Positions 1-8,892 of a DNA stretch of 64,000 nt are shown here, piece after piece (the stretch's first letter is position 1; each line of letters opens with the position of its first letter). Origin of the DNA: a virus (taxonomy: Duplodnaviria > Caudoviricetes); the IMG/VR virus record IMGVR_UViG_3300035686_000003, positions 32,001-96,000 of that record. The stretch is one strand, 5' to 3'. The notes beneath the pieces are model-generated. The model had not been told where the DNA came from. It saw only the letters and a list, made by a program, of their open reading frames with translations, and ran no database searches. The position numbers were made by a program, and so were the translations under genes.

Positions 1-149
1 GCCAACAATGTTAGGAGAAACTTTTTCTCTTGTTCTTTTTCGCTATCATCCGTTGAAGGATAATTCTTGGCTAATTCTTCAGCTTTGCTTTTGTCAGCTT
101 GAGCTAACTTTTGTACGTATGTGGCGAATGCTGTTGCTTGTGAAGTCAT
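1..149 (-). CDS. Hypothetical early protein, runs off the window edge (MTSQATAFATYVQKLAQADK...)
   Basis: ATG at 149-147 with AGAGGAAG upstream; frame open to position 1. Confidence 0.5.
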   Translation of the reverse strand, partial: MTSQATAFATYVQKLAQADKSKAEELAKNYPSTDDSEKEQEKKFLLTLL

Positions 150-215
150 TGATTCTTCCTCTCTTGTTTACGTCAGTGTAACTTTTGCTCTCAGAGGTAG
201 CAACTGTGAGTTTCT

Positions 216-434
216 CTACAGGTGTCTGTATGCCTGAATTATCGATACGTTTTGTAGATCCGTCAAGTCGTGTACCTCTGCTTGTATTTCTTCAGCTTCA
301 AAGATCTTCCCTGATGTATCTTCCACTGAATACCAATACTTACCTTCCTCTACTTGGTATTCGCCAGTGTACTTTCCAATAGTTGCGCCCGTTGAGCTTG
401 TGTAGCTTTTGTTTGCTAGTCGTGCTGAAAACAT
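216..434 (-). CDS. Hypothetical early protein
   Basis: 72-aa ORF, GGAG-type RBS, co-oriented with the leftward early cluster. Confidence 0.55.
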   Translation of the reverse strand: MFSARLANKSYTSSTGATIGKYTGEYQVEEGKYWYSVEDTSGKIFEAEEIQAEVHDLTDLQNVSIIQAYRHL

Positions 435-658
435 GAGTGTAATCTCCTACAGACTTTTGGATGGTATAGGTGGTAACGATTGTGGGTTTAGCCTGTGTCA
501 AAATGAGACTTCACAATGAGACATTAGTCTATGACCCCAATTTTGATGCCACAATCGCTACCTATCGTCAACTTCTGCCAAAACTTTTGCTGACAGAAGG
601 GTTACGGAATACTGCCACAGTAAGTGTAGCGGCTGTACTCAGTAACAGCTGTTAGCCT

Positions 659-1231
659 TTAGCTATTGGTTGTTAGCTCAACTGTAACTTCCTTGCCTAG
701 GTCGGTCAATTCAAAGTACATATCGTGATCTCTGCCTTTGCCCTCATAGTCTCCAATGATGACTAGTCCCTTTTTGACCAGGGAAGCGATCGCACCTCTA
801 GCAACCTTTGGATCTAGCCGTGATGATTGAATCACTGCGAACACCCAAGGAGAATCATCTTCTACTGCATCACAGTAATCGTTTGTACGGCTAGCTTTGA
901 GTAATGCTTTTTCGTTAGCTGTAAGGCTAGCTACAACACCGTCGCGTTTCAAGAGAATTTTCGCAGCACGATCACGCTTGAATTTTTCTATTGCGGCTTC
1001 TGCCTGAATGTTTGAGATCTCGTCAAAAGTCTTTCCAGCTAAGCCTATTGAATCATCATTATCCGATACATATTCGTCGGGAAGACTGAAAATCTCTGAT
1101 GCGTAATAGTCGCCCTGGTATTCGTACCCACCTAAGCAAATTAGGTCGTTAGTAAAGAATAGCTTAGTCGTTTTCATTGTTCCGTTCTCATTCGTTAACA
1201 ACATTTTGGCAGATGCAACCTTTGGCGACAA
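659..1231 (-). CDS. Hypothetical protein with C-terminal winged-helix (MarR-like) domain
   Basis: C-terminal LTANEKALL...VARGAIASLVKKGLV...YFELTDLGKE matches a wHTH pattern; true start may be ATG 1177. Confidence 0.6.
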   Translation of the reverse strand: MSPKVASAKMLLTNENGTMKTTKLFFTNDLICLGGYEYQGDYYASEIFSLPDEYVSDNDDSIGLAGKTFDEISNIQAEAAIEKFKRDRAAKILLKRDGVVASLTANEKALLKASRTNDYCDAVEDDSPWVFAVIQSSRLDPKVARGAIASLVKKGLVIIGDYEGKGRDHDMYFELTDLGKEVTVELTTNS

Positions 1232-1234
1232 TAG

Positions 1235-1432
1235 TTAGCGATCGCCCTCGAACTTTGCCACTAACTTATCGTAGTATTCTTGCGCCTCTTCCCCTTCATC
1301 GTCAATCCCAGAAGTCAGGATACCAGGGCGATAGTTGCTAGAGCTTAACACTCGATACTGCCATGATCTCATGCCGCTATGGTAATCCGAGCAATACCAA
1401 TATAAGCCAACAATTTTGTCGTACGTAGTCAT
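1235..1432 (-). CDS. Hypothetical early protein
   Basis: 65-aa ORF with GGAGG RBS. Confidence 0.6.
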   Translation of the reverse strand: MTTYDKIVGLYWYCSDYHSGMRSWQYRVLSSSNYRPGILTSGIDDEGEEAQEYYDKLVAKFEGDR

Positions 1433-1530
1433 TGCTTGTATCCTCCGAATACTTTAGTAACGATAGCTGCAATGGTAGCAACTAACTTGAATTTGGCAAC
1501 TGTGAGTAATGTTAGAAACACTTGATTTAC

Positions 1531-2043
1531 TTATCTCCCTAGAATCTTGCTGACATCAGTGATTAGAGCATAAGTGATCGCATCAAGGCACGTCCAAACA
1601 TTATCGTTGTCTCCTTCCCCTACAAACCAAGATGTAGTTGTTGCGATCGCACACCCTAGTTTAACCTTAGCGTACATCAATGCACTAGCCATATAGGGAA
1701 ATACAACTTTGATCGCCCCATAAGTTAACTTAAGTGTTACTATGGCTAACCCTAGAGTCATTATTAGGGCAAAGATGAGGCAATGAAGGAAGGTAAAATC
1801 AGTGGACAGTGAACAAGGATCAGTGATCAATTTCTCTTTACTGTTCACTGGTAACTGACAACTGATCACTGTATGTTGTCCCTCTAGAGGCAACAGTAGC
1901 AAACAATCGTTGACTATGGCGTCTCTAGTGCGACCCTTGCCACTCAGAGGGATCTTAGCCCCCGTAGTGTCCATGAGTACTTTGGCGATCGCAATAGCTT
2001 CCGTGCGTGTAGAGATTGCTTCAATGTCTGCGATAGTAAGCAT
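1531..2043 (-). CDS. LSGKGRT-motif protein with a hydrophobic C-terminal half
   Basis: N-terminal ~55 aa paralogous to 3376..3720; contains an in-frame heptamer repeat insertion. Confidence 0.6.
   Translation of the reverse strand: MLTIADIEAISTRTEAIAIAKVLMDTTGAKIPLSGKGRTRDAIVNDCLLLLPLEGQHTVISCQLPVNSKEKLITDPCSLSTDFTFLHCLIFALIMTLGLAIVTLKLTYGAIKVVFPYMASALMYAKVKLGCAIATTTSWFVGEGDNDNVWTCLDAITYALITDVSKILGR
1800..1871. repeat. Cyanobacterial heptamer tandem repeat (CAGTGAA/CAGTGAT then inverted ACTGTTC/ACTGATC) inside a CDS
   Basis: Direct-then-inverted 7-mer units; related copies at 3002-3033 and 53691-53757. Confidence 0.7.
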
Positions 2044-2082
2044 TAGTTATTCCTTTGTTTGTAGTTGTAGCGAGAGTGGGAA

Positions 2083-3312
2083 TTAGTTAGCTGCAAGTGT
2101 CACTTCGTAGGATTCTTTGATCATCTGAGTGGCTTGACGTTCTAGTTGCTTCTGCTTTTTGATTTCTGCCCAGTTAGGACAATACTTATTGATGAAAGCA
2201 TCTTCATTCATAGTCTTGGTATAGGTTACCTCTACACCCTTCTCAGCTTCAAGACCTAACGCAGTAGCGATCGCGTTACGTAAGTGATCTTTGTCAATCC
2301 CTTTGCCGCCTATGTTGCCTTCATACTTGCCATTGAAGCGTAAAGCCTTACAGATCTTCTGCAATTCACGATAAGGCATAACCTTTACTTGCGCCCACGA
2401 TAGTCCCTCTGGCATAGCGAGAGCCACTTCTGTTGCAGGGGTAGAGCTAGATTTCTTGCGACCCTTAGTTGCTTTTGTGGGTTCTACGTAACCTTGGAAC
2501 AAGAGCATCCCTGCTAGTTGTGTTTTCAAGACTACAGTTGCAGCATTAGCACGAACATCTTTGAAATCTACAGGGTAGTTAGACTTTAAAGCTTTGAAAG
2601 CATCAACAGTTTTCTTACGATCCCACGATTGCAATTCCTCCAGGGACGCAACTGTAGGCATAGGTAGCTTAGGCGTAACTTTAGCTTGCTTTGGTGCTTT
2701 GGGAGTCTTAGGTTTGGAGGATGTAGTCTTAGCTAGAACAGTCGTTTCACTTGCTGACTTTTGTGAATCAGGTTTAACGGGTGTAGGTATGTCTACTTGA
2801 TCGATAAGTTCCCACTTAGATCCCTTCTCCAGGTAGACTCCATGAGTACGGATGAGGTATGCCCGTTCAACAAACCCTCGATAATTCTCTTTAGTAAAGA
2901 TCTCGAAGCTTCCATCCTCCCTAGTCATCTTGATTACTTTCACTGTTGACGGAGTTGCGATTGCCTTCGCAGTAGTGCCAGTCGCAACGATGGCAGGCTT
3001 GCTGACAACTGATAACTGTTCACTGGTAACTGATTCAGGGGTGTATTCTGCAACTAATGCTAGGTATGCGGGACTGTTCTTGAATTGTCCTAGGAGTTTC
3101 CAGATACGCTCGATTTTGTTACGGTGCGTGATTCCTGCTACCTCAAACTTATTCGCACTCGTAGGCTCAATCTCGTAGCAAGCGATCGCCAAAGCTACAT
3201 CAGGAATACAATCCGCCTTATCGAATCTCACATAGTCCTGGAGGAAGTCTTCTAGCAGTTCGGTGAACCGTACGTCGTTAGCAACTAAAGCGGCAACTGT
3301 TGGCTGTGTCAT
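2083..3312 (-). CDS. Lys/Pro/Thr-rich protein with SAP/Rho-N-like helical modules (putative nucleic-acid binding)
   Basis: 409-aa ORF; module MPYRELQKICKAL...IGGKGIDKDHLRNAI; has its own promoter. Confidence 0.6.
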   Translation of the reverse strand: MTQPTVAALVANDVRFTELLEDFLQDYVRFDKADCIPDVALAIACYEIEPTSANKFEVAGITHRNKIERIWKLLGQFKNSPAYLALVAEYTPESVTSEQLSVVSKPAIVATGTTAKAIATPSTVKVIKMTREDGSFEIFTKENYRGFVERAYLIRTHGVYLEKGSKWELIDQVDIPTPVKPDSQKSASETTVLAKTTSSKPKTPKAPKQAKVTPKLPMPTVASLEELQSWDRKKTVDAFKALKSNYPVDFKDVRANAATVVLKTQLAGMLLFQGYVEPTKATKGRKKSSSTPATEVALAMPEGLSWAQVKVMPYRELQKICKALRFNGKYEGNIGGKGIDKDHLRNAIATALGLEAEKGVEVTYTKTMNEDAFINKYCPNWAEIKKQKQLERQATQMIKESYEVTLAAN

Positions 3313-3343
3313 TTGAAAATCCCTCTCTCGTTTACTTTTGTTG

Positions 3344-3373
3344 ACTATAGTTAGCAGTAGATGTACCCGTCAA
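3344..3373 (-). promoter_or_regulatory. sigma70-type promoter for 2083..3312
   Basis: TTGACG-N18-TATAGT on the minus strand. Confidence 0.55.
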
Positions 3374-3375
3374 GA

Positions 3376-3720
3376 CTAGCTTACAAACATTAGCGAAAAA
3401 CAATCTTTGAAGACATTAGTAACTGTTGCTACTTTCTTGCCAATCTCCTCAAAGGTATCGATAATCACATCTCCTGTCTTGGTTTGTGTAACCGTTGGTA
3501 GTTGAGAACTTTGAAAGTTACACACGTCACAGGTCAGGGATGAAGATTGATAGTTGAGTGGTAATGCTGCATAACAGTCTGCTTTGATTACCTCAATGGT
3601 TCTACCCTTGCCTGAGAGCTTGATCACCATTCCACTAGATATAATGACCTCTTTCGCTACTGCTCTAACCTCTGCTATTGTCGTAGCTTCATCAATCATC
3701 GCCAGTAACTTAACTTCCAT
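3376..3720 (-). CDS. LSGKGRT-motif protein, first gene of the early cluster
   Basis: 114-aa ORF, AGGAG RBS; paralog of 1531..2043. Confidence 0.65.
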   Translation of the reverse strand: MEVKLLAMIDEATTIAEVRAVAKEVIISSGMVIKLSGKGRTIEVIKADCYAALPLNYQSSSLTCDVCNFQSSQLPTVTQTKTGDVIIDTFEEIGKKVATVTNVFKDCFSLMFVS

Positions 3721-3855
3721 TGTCTAATCTCCTGTGATGTGTACGTCCGTCTACTGTAGCTAGCGATCGTAACTCTCGCAACCCCTGAAACCCTCGCTAG
3801 TTCTCGTTTTCCCCCGTGGGATCTCTACTATAGCAATGTAGTAAACCACCTGTAA

Positions 3856-3871
3856 TGAGTATATATACTCA
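3856..3871. promoter_or_regulatory. Perfect 16-bp palindrome TGAGTATATATACTCA (candidate operator)
   Basis: Self-complementary; lies just downstream of the leftward promoter at 3899-3926. Confidence 0.5.
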
Positions 3872-3898
3872 ACTTTTCTGTAATATCTGTAGAGGAAG

Positions 3899-3926
3899 AT
3901 GATAGCACAAAAGATTTATATGTCAA
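3899..3926 (-). promoter_or_regulatory. Strong early sigma70 promoter
   Basis: TTGACA-N16-TATCAT with extended -10 TG. Confidence 0.65.
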
Positions 3927-4100
3927 GGATAATTTTCGACTAGCTACGAGCAGAGAATAAGGGCAGGGGGCGGGTCACCTGAATCCCTACCGCACAACAA
4001 AAGCCGCAAAAGCAACACTTTAGCTGTGTTAGTAGACGACGGATTAGCATTAGTTGCGATAGAATTAGTTAAAGTAGTAAACAAAAGTTAGGAGAAGACA

Positions 4101-4466
4101 ATGAAAGGAAAGAGTAAGTTACCACAGGAATTGGCTGACCCCGAAAGAAACATTCGCAGCAATCGCCCACTACCGCAGCTGTGGAGGGAGAGAAATCCTT
4201 CTGCACGGCACCTGTATTATCCGAGTGATGTAGTGTGGAATTCCTATATCTCACAGGAAGACTATGACAAGAGATACGCCTCAGTCGTGTGGTGGTTAGA
4301 TCATCGGCTACAACTCTTCAATCCTTTGATGCCACAGCAACTATTGACACTCACCCGCCTCTGTAAGTTCATGGAAAAGGGAGAAGTCATTGAGGCAGAA
4401 GAATGTATCTCGTCACTGATCAAGTGGGAGGAAGTACGAGAAGAGTCATCGGTAGAAGCAAATTAA
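4101..4466 (+). CDS. Hypothetical protein
   Basis: 121-aa ORF, AGGAG RBS, followed by a hairpin. Confidence 0.65.
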   Translation: MKGKSKLPQELADPERNIRSNRPLPQLWRERNPSARHLYYPSDVVWNSYISQEDYDKRYASVVWWLDHRLQLFNPLMPQQLLTLTRLCKFMEKGEVIEAEECISSLIKWEEVREESSVEAN

Positions 4467-4496
4467 TGCCCTGCAACAGAAAGCTACAGGGCAAAA
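4467..4496. terminator. Intrinsic terminator between convergent genes
   Basis: TGCCCTG...CAGGGCA stem. Confidence 0.5.
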
Positions 4497-4502
4497 GTTT
4501 AT

Positions 4503-4919
4503 CTACTTATCTTTGAGCTGAGGCAGTAGATGAGGGTAATAGGGGTTTAAAGACGCCGTATACCGTTGAATCAGGAATTGTATTGCCTCATCGTCATCCT
4601 TGAGATGGTAGAGGTAAGCAATCGCTTGCAACTGCTTGCGGGTGTTAGACGAAAGTTCCGGTGGTTCCTTCCACCCAGTTTCGCTACGCTCAAACACTAA
4701 CTCGCAAGAGTTAGTGGACGAACGAAGTGAGTTTTGTTTCACTTCAGGGGTGCATTCGCCACGAAGTAACACACGATTGAAGCAACAGTAGAAGTCAATG
4801 AGAAAGACTAGGGTTTCGTAATCATTGGCTTTGTGTTGTGCGAGCGCTATACCTTCGAGTTGTCCCTCGACTTTACCAAGAGCAATATCTCCTGGACATC
4901 GAATAGTTAAGTCAGTCAT
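4503..4919 (-). CDS. Hypothetical regulator with two QLxxIA...LIxxY helical modules
   Basis: Module shared with 5109..5417. Confidence 0.55.
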   Translation of the reverse strand: MTDLTIRCPGDIALGKVEGQLEGIALAQHKANDYETLVFLIDFYCCFNRVLLRGECTPEVKQNSLRSSTNSCELVFERSETGWKEPPELSSNTRKQLQAIAYLYHLKDDDEAIQFLIQRYTASLNPYYPHLLPQLKDK

Positions 4920-5122
4920 TATTCCTCCAATTGATCTGCTAGTGCATTCAACTCATCGTACTCAGCCAACTTCTGTTTAGCCAAAGCTCGCAATCGTTGA
5001 GCTATGGTGAGTTCTTGCTGTGCTTGGTCGGACAGTTGTTGTAGGTGTGGGCGGATGTCGGATTTGGTGAGATGTAAAGCTCGTGCGTCCCATTGCAAGT
5101 TCTCATCATTAGTCTCGCTCAT
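4919..5122 (-). CDS. Small coiled-coil protein
   Basis: 67-aa ORF overlapping its neighbours. Confidence 0.55.
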   Translation of the reverse strand: MSETNDENLQWDARALHLTKSDIRPHLQQLSDQAQQELTIAQRLRALAKQKLAEYDELNALADQLEE

Positions 5123-5417
5123 AAGTCACCACTCCCATTGCTACTGTTTTGCTTCTGCCTGCCCATACTACCTCATTAAGATCTGCTTGATTGTAGAGAT
5201 CTATGAGCATCTGTACTGCATCCCCTTCATCCTTCAGCCCCTCAGCGATCGCTATAGCTCGCAATTGTTGCCAATGGGAACCTGGAGCGAACGTTCGTAT
5301 CAGCGATCGGATGATTGTGGTTTTCGTGTGTTGGGACAACTTTATCTGTGCCTCAAGGATATCTACCTCTTCTTGATCTAACTCAACATAGATTGCAGCT
5401 GCCTTACTCTTTCTCAT
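5109..5417 (-). CDS. Ribbon-helix-helix (CopG-like) DNA-binding protein
   Basis: AIYVELDQEEVDILE...TKTTIIRSLIR; divergent from 5484..5996. Confidence 0.55.
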   Translation of the reverse strand: MRKSKAAAIYVELDQEEVDILEAQIKLSQHTKTTIIRSLIRTFAPGSHWQQLRAIAIAEGLKDEGDAVQMLIDLYNQADLNEVVWAGRSKTVAMGVVTYERD

Positions 5418-5483
5418 TGTCTGTTTCCAGTATCAACATATATATGCTAGCATAGATATAGTGAATTAGGCAAGGGAAATGCA

Positions 5484-5996
5484 ATGAGTGAAGTTGAACC
5501 ATTTTTCAAAATCAATGACAAAGATGCAGAGTGGTTGGAAAGTCAACCGATATCAGTCTACATATTATGGCATCAGGCGGCTCGCTCGAATAGGTTTGGT
5601 TCTGGGTGGGCACCTTTGAAAACAAATATGAAACGTTCGACATTCATGAAAGCCAAGAAAATCATAGAGGAGTATGGGGCTTTCAAGTTTGAGGTGCGAC
5701 AAGGAACGAAAGATGCAAGAAGAACAGAGGGGTGGGCAGTGTTCAATATGCGTATGCACAATGGCAAGCGCATTGAAACAAAATATCAAGAGTTTTTGCT
5801 GGGGGACTATTGGCAGGATGTCAGAACACAGGTGTTAAAACGAGATGGTCACAAGTGTCAAAGCTGTGGATCTAGGAAAAATCTTCATGTTCACCATTTA
5901 ACGTATGAGCATCACGGTGAGGAGCATCTACACTTAGATGAGTTGCAAACGTTGTGCAGCGTCTGTCATGCTGTAGAACACGAAAGCGATACCTAA
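5484..5996 (+). CDS. wHTH-like domain fused to an HNH endonuclease
   Basis: C-terminal VLKRDGHKCQSC...LHVHH...LCSVCH; N-terminal half paralogous to the N-terminus of 6073..7149. Confidence 0.8.
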   Translation: MSEVEPFFKINDKDAEWLESQPISVYILWHQAARSNRFGSGWAPLKTNMKRSTFMKAKKIIEEYGAFKFEVRQGTKDARRTEGWAVFNMRMHNGKRIETKYQEFLLGDYWQDVRTQVLKRDGHKCQSCGSRKNLHVHHLTYEHHGEEHLHLDELQTLCSVCHAVEHESDT

Positions 5997-6072
5997 GCCC
6001 CTTAAAACATTAGCCGCTCTCTGGGGGCAAACCAAAGAACGGCTAAGTCAGGAGGAGAACAATGACAGCAGG

Positions 6073-7149
6073 GTGCAATCTGTAGTGAAGTCGAGTAAAC
6101 AACACACAAGAGATATAAATATTATGCCACAGACAAACGTTCATCGTCAATACGTGAAAAATTCTCAAGAGGATTTGGACTGGGTTGCAGAGCAAGAACC
6201 CTGTGTCCAACAGCTTTGGCTTGACTGCGTGAGAGTAGAAAAGTATGGGGAGCATTTCAATGTCGTCAAAAGCAAGCTTAGCCGAAACTCATTCACCAAA
6301 GCCAAAAATATCCTAGAAGAACAGGGATTGTTTGAATTTGAGCCAATCCAAAAACAGTCTCAAGCGGGAAGATGGCAGGTTCTTGGATGGAAAGTAAGAA
6401 ATTTGCATGGCTCAAAGAACGAAAACTACTGGAAACCTCAATCTGTCCTTGCACAACAAATGGGCGAGGACGCACAACGATTAAGCGAGGATGCACAACA
6501 GATGGGTCACGTCGCACAACAAATGTGCAAGCAAAACGCTGTCGGCTTTGACACCACTGGCTTTGACTCTTCCCTATTAGGTTCCTATAAGGATTCTACT
6601 ATTAACCTACTAACTAGCGACCAATCCTCTGAACAATCACGCTCTGGTCGTTCGGAGAGCGCTCCGCTAGAGGCTACGCACTCCTCACTTCCCGACGCTC
6701 TAAACCCTGACTCCGGAGCTTCGCTGAGAAACGAAAATCCTGAACAACCAGAAACCTTTTGTGACTCAAAGGATCAAGATTCAAATCCAAGCACGAACAT
6801 GATTGATCACTCCGGACAAAGAGTTCCGCCCCGTGCCGCCACGCCCACAAAAAGTGCCGCTGAAACGCACGGAAAGGCAGGCAACGATACAATCACCCTG
6901 AACGAGATCCAGGAGGCTCTAGGACGCTTCCAGCCCCCGCTAAGCTGTTACGTCGAACAACTAGCCTTGTGGCTGTACAAAAACAAGTATCGTTCCGAGG
7001 CGAGGCAGTTGATGAGTACCTACGAGGAGGTCAATAGTTGCGATGAAGTGACACTAGAGTTTGCGATCGCCCACGTCAAGGATTCAATTGCGACAATCGA
7101 TGACTTCAGGGTGTACTTCAGCGATCTGCTGACACCCCTGCCAATGTGA
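6073..7149 (+). CDS. Putative replication-initiator-like protein with internal iterons (likely ATG start at 6124)
   Basis: N-terminal wHTH-like domain, four 21-bp repeats, and a linker shared with the initiator at 51560..52927. Confidence 0.55.
   Translation: MQSVVKSSKQHTRDINIMPQTNVHRQYVKNSQEDLDWVAEQEPCVQQLWLDCVRVEKYGEHFNVVKSKLSRNSFTKAKNILEEQGLFEFEPIQKQSQAGRWQVLGWKVRNLHGSKNENYWKPQSVLAQQMGEDAQRLSEDAQQMGHVAQQMCKQNAVGFDTTGFDSSLLGSYKDSTINLLTSDQSSEQSRSGRSESAPLEATHSSLPDALNPDSGASLRNENPEQPETFCDSKDQDSNPSTNMIDHSGQRVPPRAATPTKSAAETHGKAGNDTITLNEIQEALGRFQPPLSCYVEQLALWLYKNKYRSEARQLMSTYEEVNSCDEVTLEFAIAHVKDSIATIDDFRVYFSDLLTPLPM
6451..6525 (+). repeat. Four 21-bp-period repeats (GCACAAC core), iteron-like
   Basis: GCACAAC at 6451, 6472, 6493, 6514. 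Confidence 0.8.
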
Positions 7150-7203
7150 TATACTTGTAGTAGGCTCAGCTATACAAGTTGGGCTTACTACAATATCTGT
7201 GGA

Positions 7204-7398
7204 GTGACAATGAAGTGTGAGAAATGTGTTGATACTGGAGCAATAAAAGTCGCTGACCAAAGTGAGCAAAAATTTTGCGACTGTGAGCGGGGGCGACAAA
7301 TGCAGACTTTAGAACAAATAAAGAAGTGGAAAGACGAAAATATCTTTGCGAAGATGAGTGATGCGGAGATACTACATTTCTTGCGGTATATCAGTTAG
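7204..7398 (+). CDS. Small zinc-finger protein
   Basis: CEKC...CDC motif. Confidence 0.55.
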   Translation: MTMKCEKCVDTGAIKVADQSEQKFCDCERGRQMQTLEQIKKWKDENIFAKMSDAEILHFLRYIS

Positions 7399-7964
7399 AC
7401 GTGATATCCCATGATATCATCCAAGGTTTTGTGTAGAGTCTCTATCGATTCATTGTTATTAAGCATATAGATACTGTCAGCTTTCTTAAGCAAATATCTT
7501 CGTATCTCGGAGTGATTAAGATCAGAAGTTTCCTGTTGCTCAACATTGCGATAAAGGTCGAGCAATAGTAACTTGTGATTACCTTCGTGGGCGATCGCTA
7601 CCACTTGTTGTGCTTCCTCAATAGCTCTGAGAGATACGAAGCAAATGTTTTGGTTGGCGAGAATTGTGGGTGCGGAGCTTTTGATGTTCAATGCGGAATG
7701 TGAAGGAATCCATTGCTGACCAAAGTGGAAGAGTGCCACAAGTAATTCTTGTACTGTTGTTTTGTTGTTGTTCCCTGGGATTGGTAATGCTTTACCCTCT
7801 GGTGTTTCCAGATAACCTTCAGGGGCACCAATGAGCCTTTCCAATATCTCTTTGATGTATCGAATAGGATGGAAGTGGTAGAAGTTGTACTTCTTGTGGA
7901 GATAGTTCGCAACTTCAGTTTTGCCTGTGCCAGTTTTACCGTGAGCTACAACAATTAATGCCAT
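7395..7964 (-). CDS. Deoxynucleoside monophosphate kinase-like P-loop protein
   Basis: N-terminal HGKTGTGKT, PIRYIKE, terminal NNESIETLH pattern typical of phage dNMP kinases. Confidence 0.7.
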   Translation of the reverse strand: MALIVVAHGKTGTGKTEVANYLHKKYNFYHFHPIRYIKEILERLIGAPEGYLETPEGKALPIPGNNNKTTVQELLVALFHFGQQWIPSHSALNIKSSAPTILANQNICFVSLRAIEEAQQVVAIAHEGNHKLLLLDLYRNVEQQETSDLNHSEIRRYLLKKADSIYMLNNNESIETLHKTLDDIMGYHV

Positions 7965-7991
7965 TGACTTAAACCTAAGTAAGGTGATTTG

Positions 7992-8213
7992 TTATGACGC
8001 AATACCCTTCGTCTCGTACAATTTCATTGGCTTAAACGGTAAAGCATTGAAAGTTGTTCTCTCCTCAAGGAATAGCACTAGTTCGCCAGTGCCAGCTTCA
8101 GCTCCCGGTAGAAATACGGAGCTGTGAAGTTTGTAGTCAGGGGAATCTGCAAACCCTTTAGTCATGAACTCAACAGTTGTTTGTTCGGGATGTCGTAACT
8201 TAATTGTTATCAC
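7992..8213 (-). CDS. Hypothetical protein
   Basis: 73-aa ORF abutting the upstream gene. Confidence 0.5.
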   Translation of the reverse strand: MITIKLRHPEQTTVEFMTKGFADSPDYKLHSSVFLPGAEAGTGELVLFLEERTTFNALPFKPMKLYETKGIAS

Positions 8214-8834
8214 TTACCTCTTTCCTTGATATTTCTCAATGTATTGTTCTATAACTTTTCGTTCTTGTGCGATGACCTTCTCGTCCACCTTCAATGCCTG
8301 TGCAATCTCTTGTACTTTGAAGGCAGCATTAGTTTCATTGACTCCGTAATACATGGAGAAGATTGTCTTCAGTACCTCCATGTATTCAGCAGTTAACCCC
8401 GCTGCACTTGCACCCATCAAAGCAAACTTGTTCACTTGCTCTTGATGAAGGAATGTTAAGAACTCATCGTTAAGTTGTCGCCCCTCACGTCTGCGTTCGC
8501 CTAACACTTGTCGAGCAGCAGGACAACTTTCGTCGCCACAGTAGCGTTGTCTTCCAGCCTTAAGGTTTGACCCCCAAGCTTTGATTATGTGATCGCAAAC
8601 TGTTGTCGCTTCAGCATTATAGATGTTGCCTGAGCAGCGGCAGTGCCACGTAGAGTGACCCAATTCATTTCCTGCATCGGCAATAACCTTCAGGGCACCA
8701 AAAGATTCCCCAACTAGATTGTTCCTTTTCGCCTGTCCCTTCTGGGAGCGATTAAGCACAGTGTCTAACTGGAGAATTATATCAATGAGAAATTCTTTAT
8801 CTAACCTCAGTAACTCTTGTCTGCTATATTTCAT
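8214..8834 (-). CDS. DNA-binding protein: HNH/AP2-associated Cys module plus sigma70 region-4-like HTH
   Basis: LVGESFGALKV...WHCRC...NLKAG...CG; C-terminal IFSMYYG...VQEIAQALKV. Confidence 0.55.
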   Translation of the reverse strand: MKYSRQELLRLDKEFLIDIILQLDTVLNRSQKGQAKRNNLVGESFGALKVIADAGNELGHSTWHCRCSGNIYNAEATTVCDHIIKAWGSNLKAGRQRYCGDESCPAARQVLGERRREGRQLNDEFLTFLHQEQVNKFALMGASAAGLTAEYMEVLKTIFSMYYGVNETNAAFKVQEIAQALKVDEKVIAQERKVIEQYIEKYQGKR

Positions 8835-8892
8835 AAGACTACCTTAACAAACAGGAGTCAACTATGGCAGTACTATTGCGAAATTGGGGCAA

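Noticed and set aside
200-1507. GCAACTGTGAGT repeated at 200-211 and 1496-1507 in early intergenic gaps
   Set aside because: Only two 12-bp copies; possibly regulatory but too weak to call.
3856-3871. Protelomerase (telRL) site of a linear plasmid prophage
   Set aside because: The palindrome is only 16 bp and no protelomerase gene is in the window.
7148-7198. Long imperfect hairpin as a structured ncRNA or tRNA
   Set aside because: No cloverleaf or family features; likely a terminator or processing stem after the initiator-like gene.
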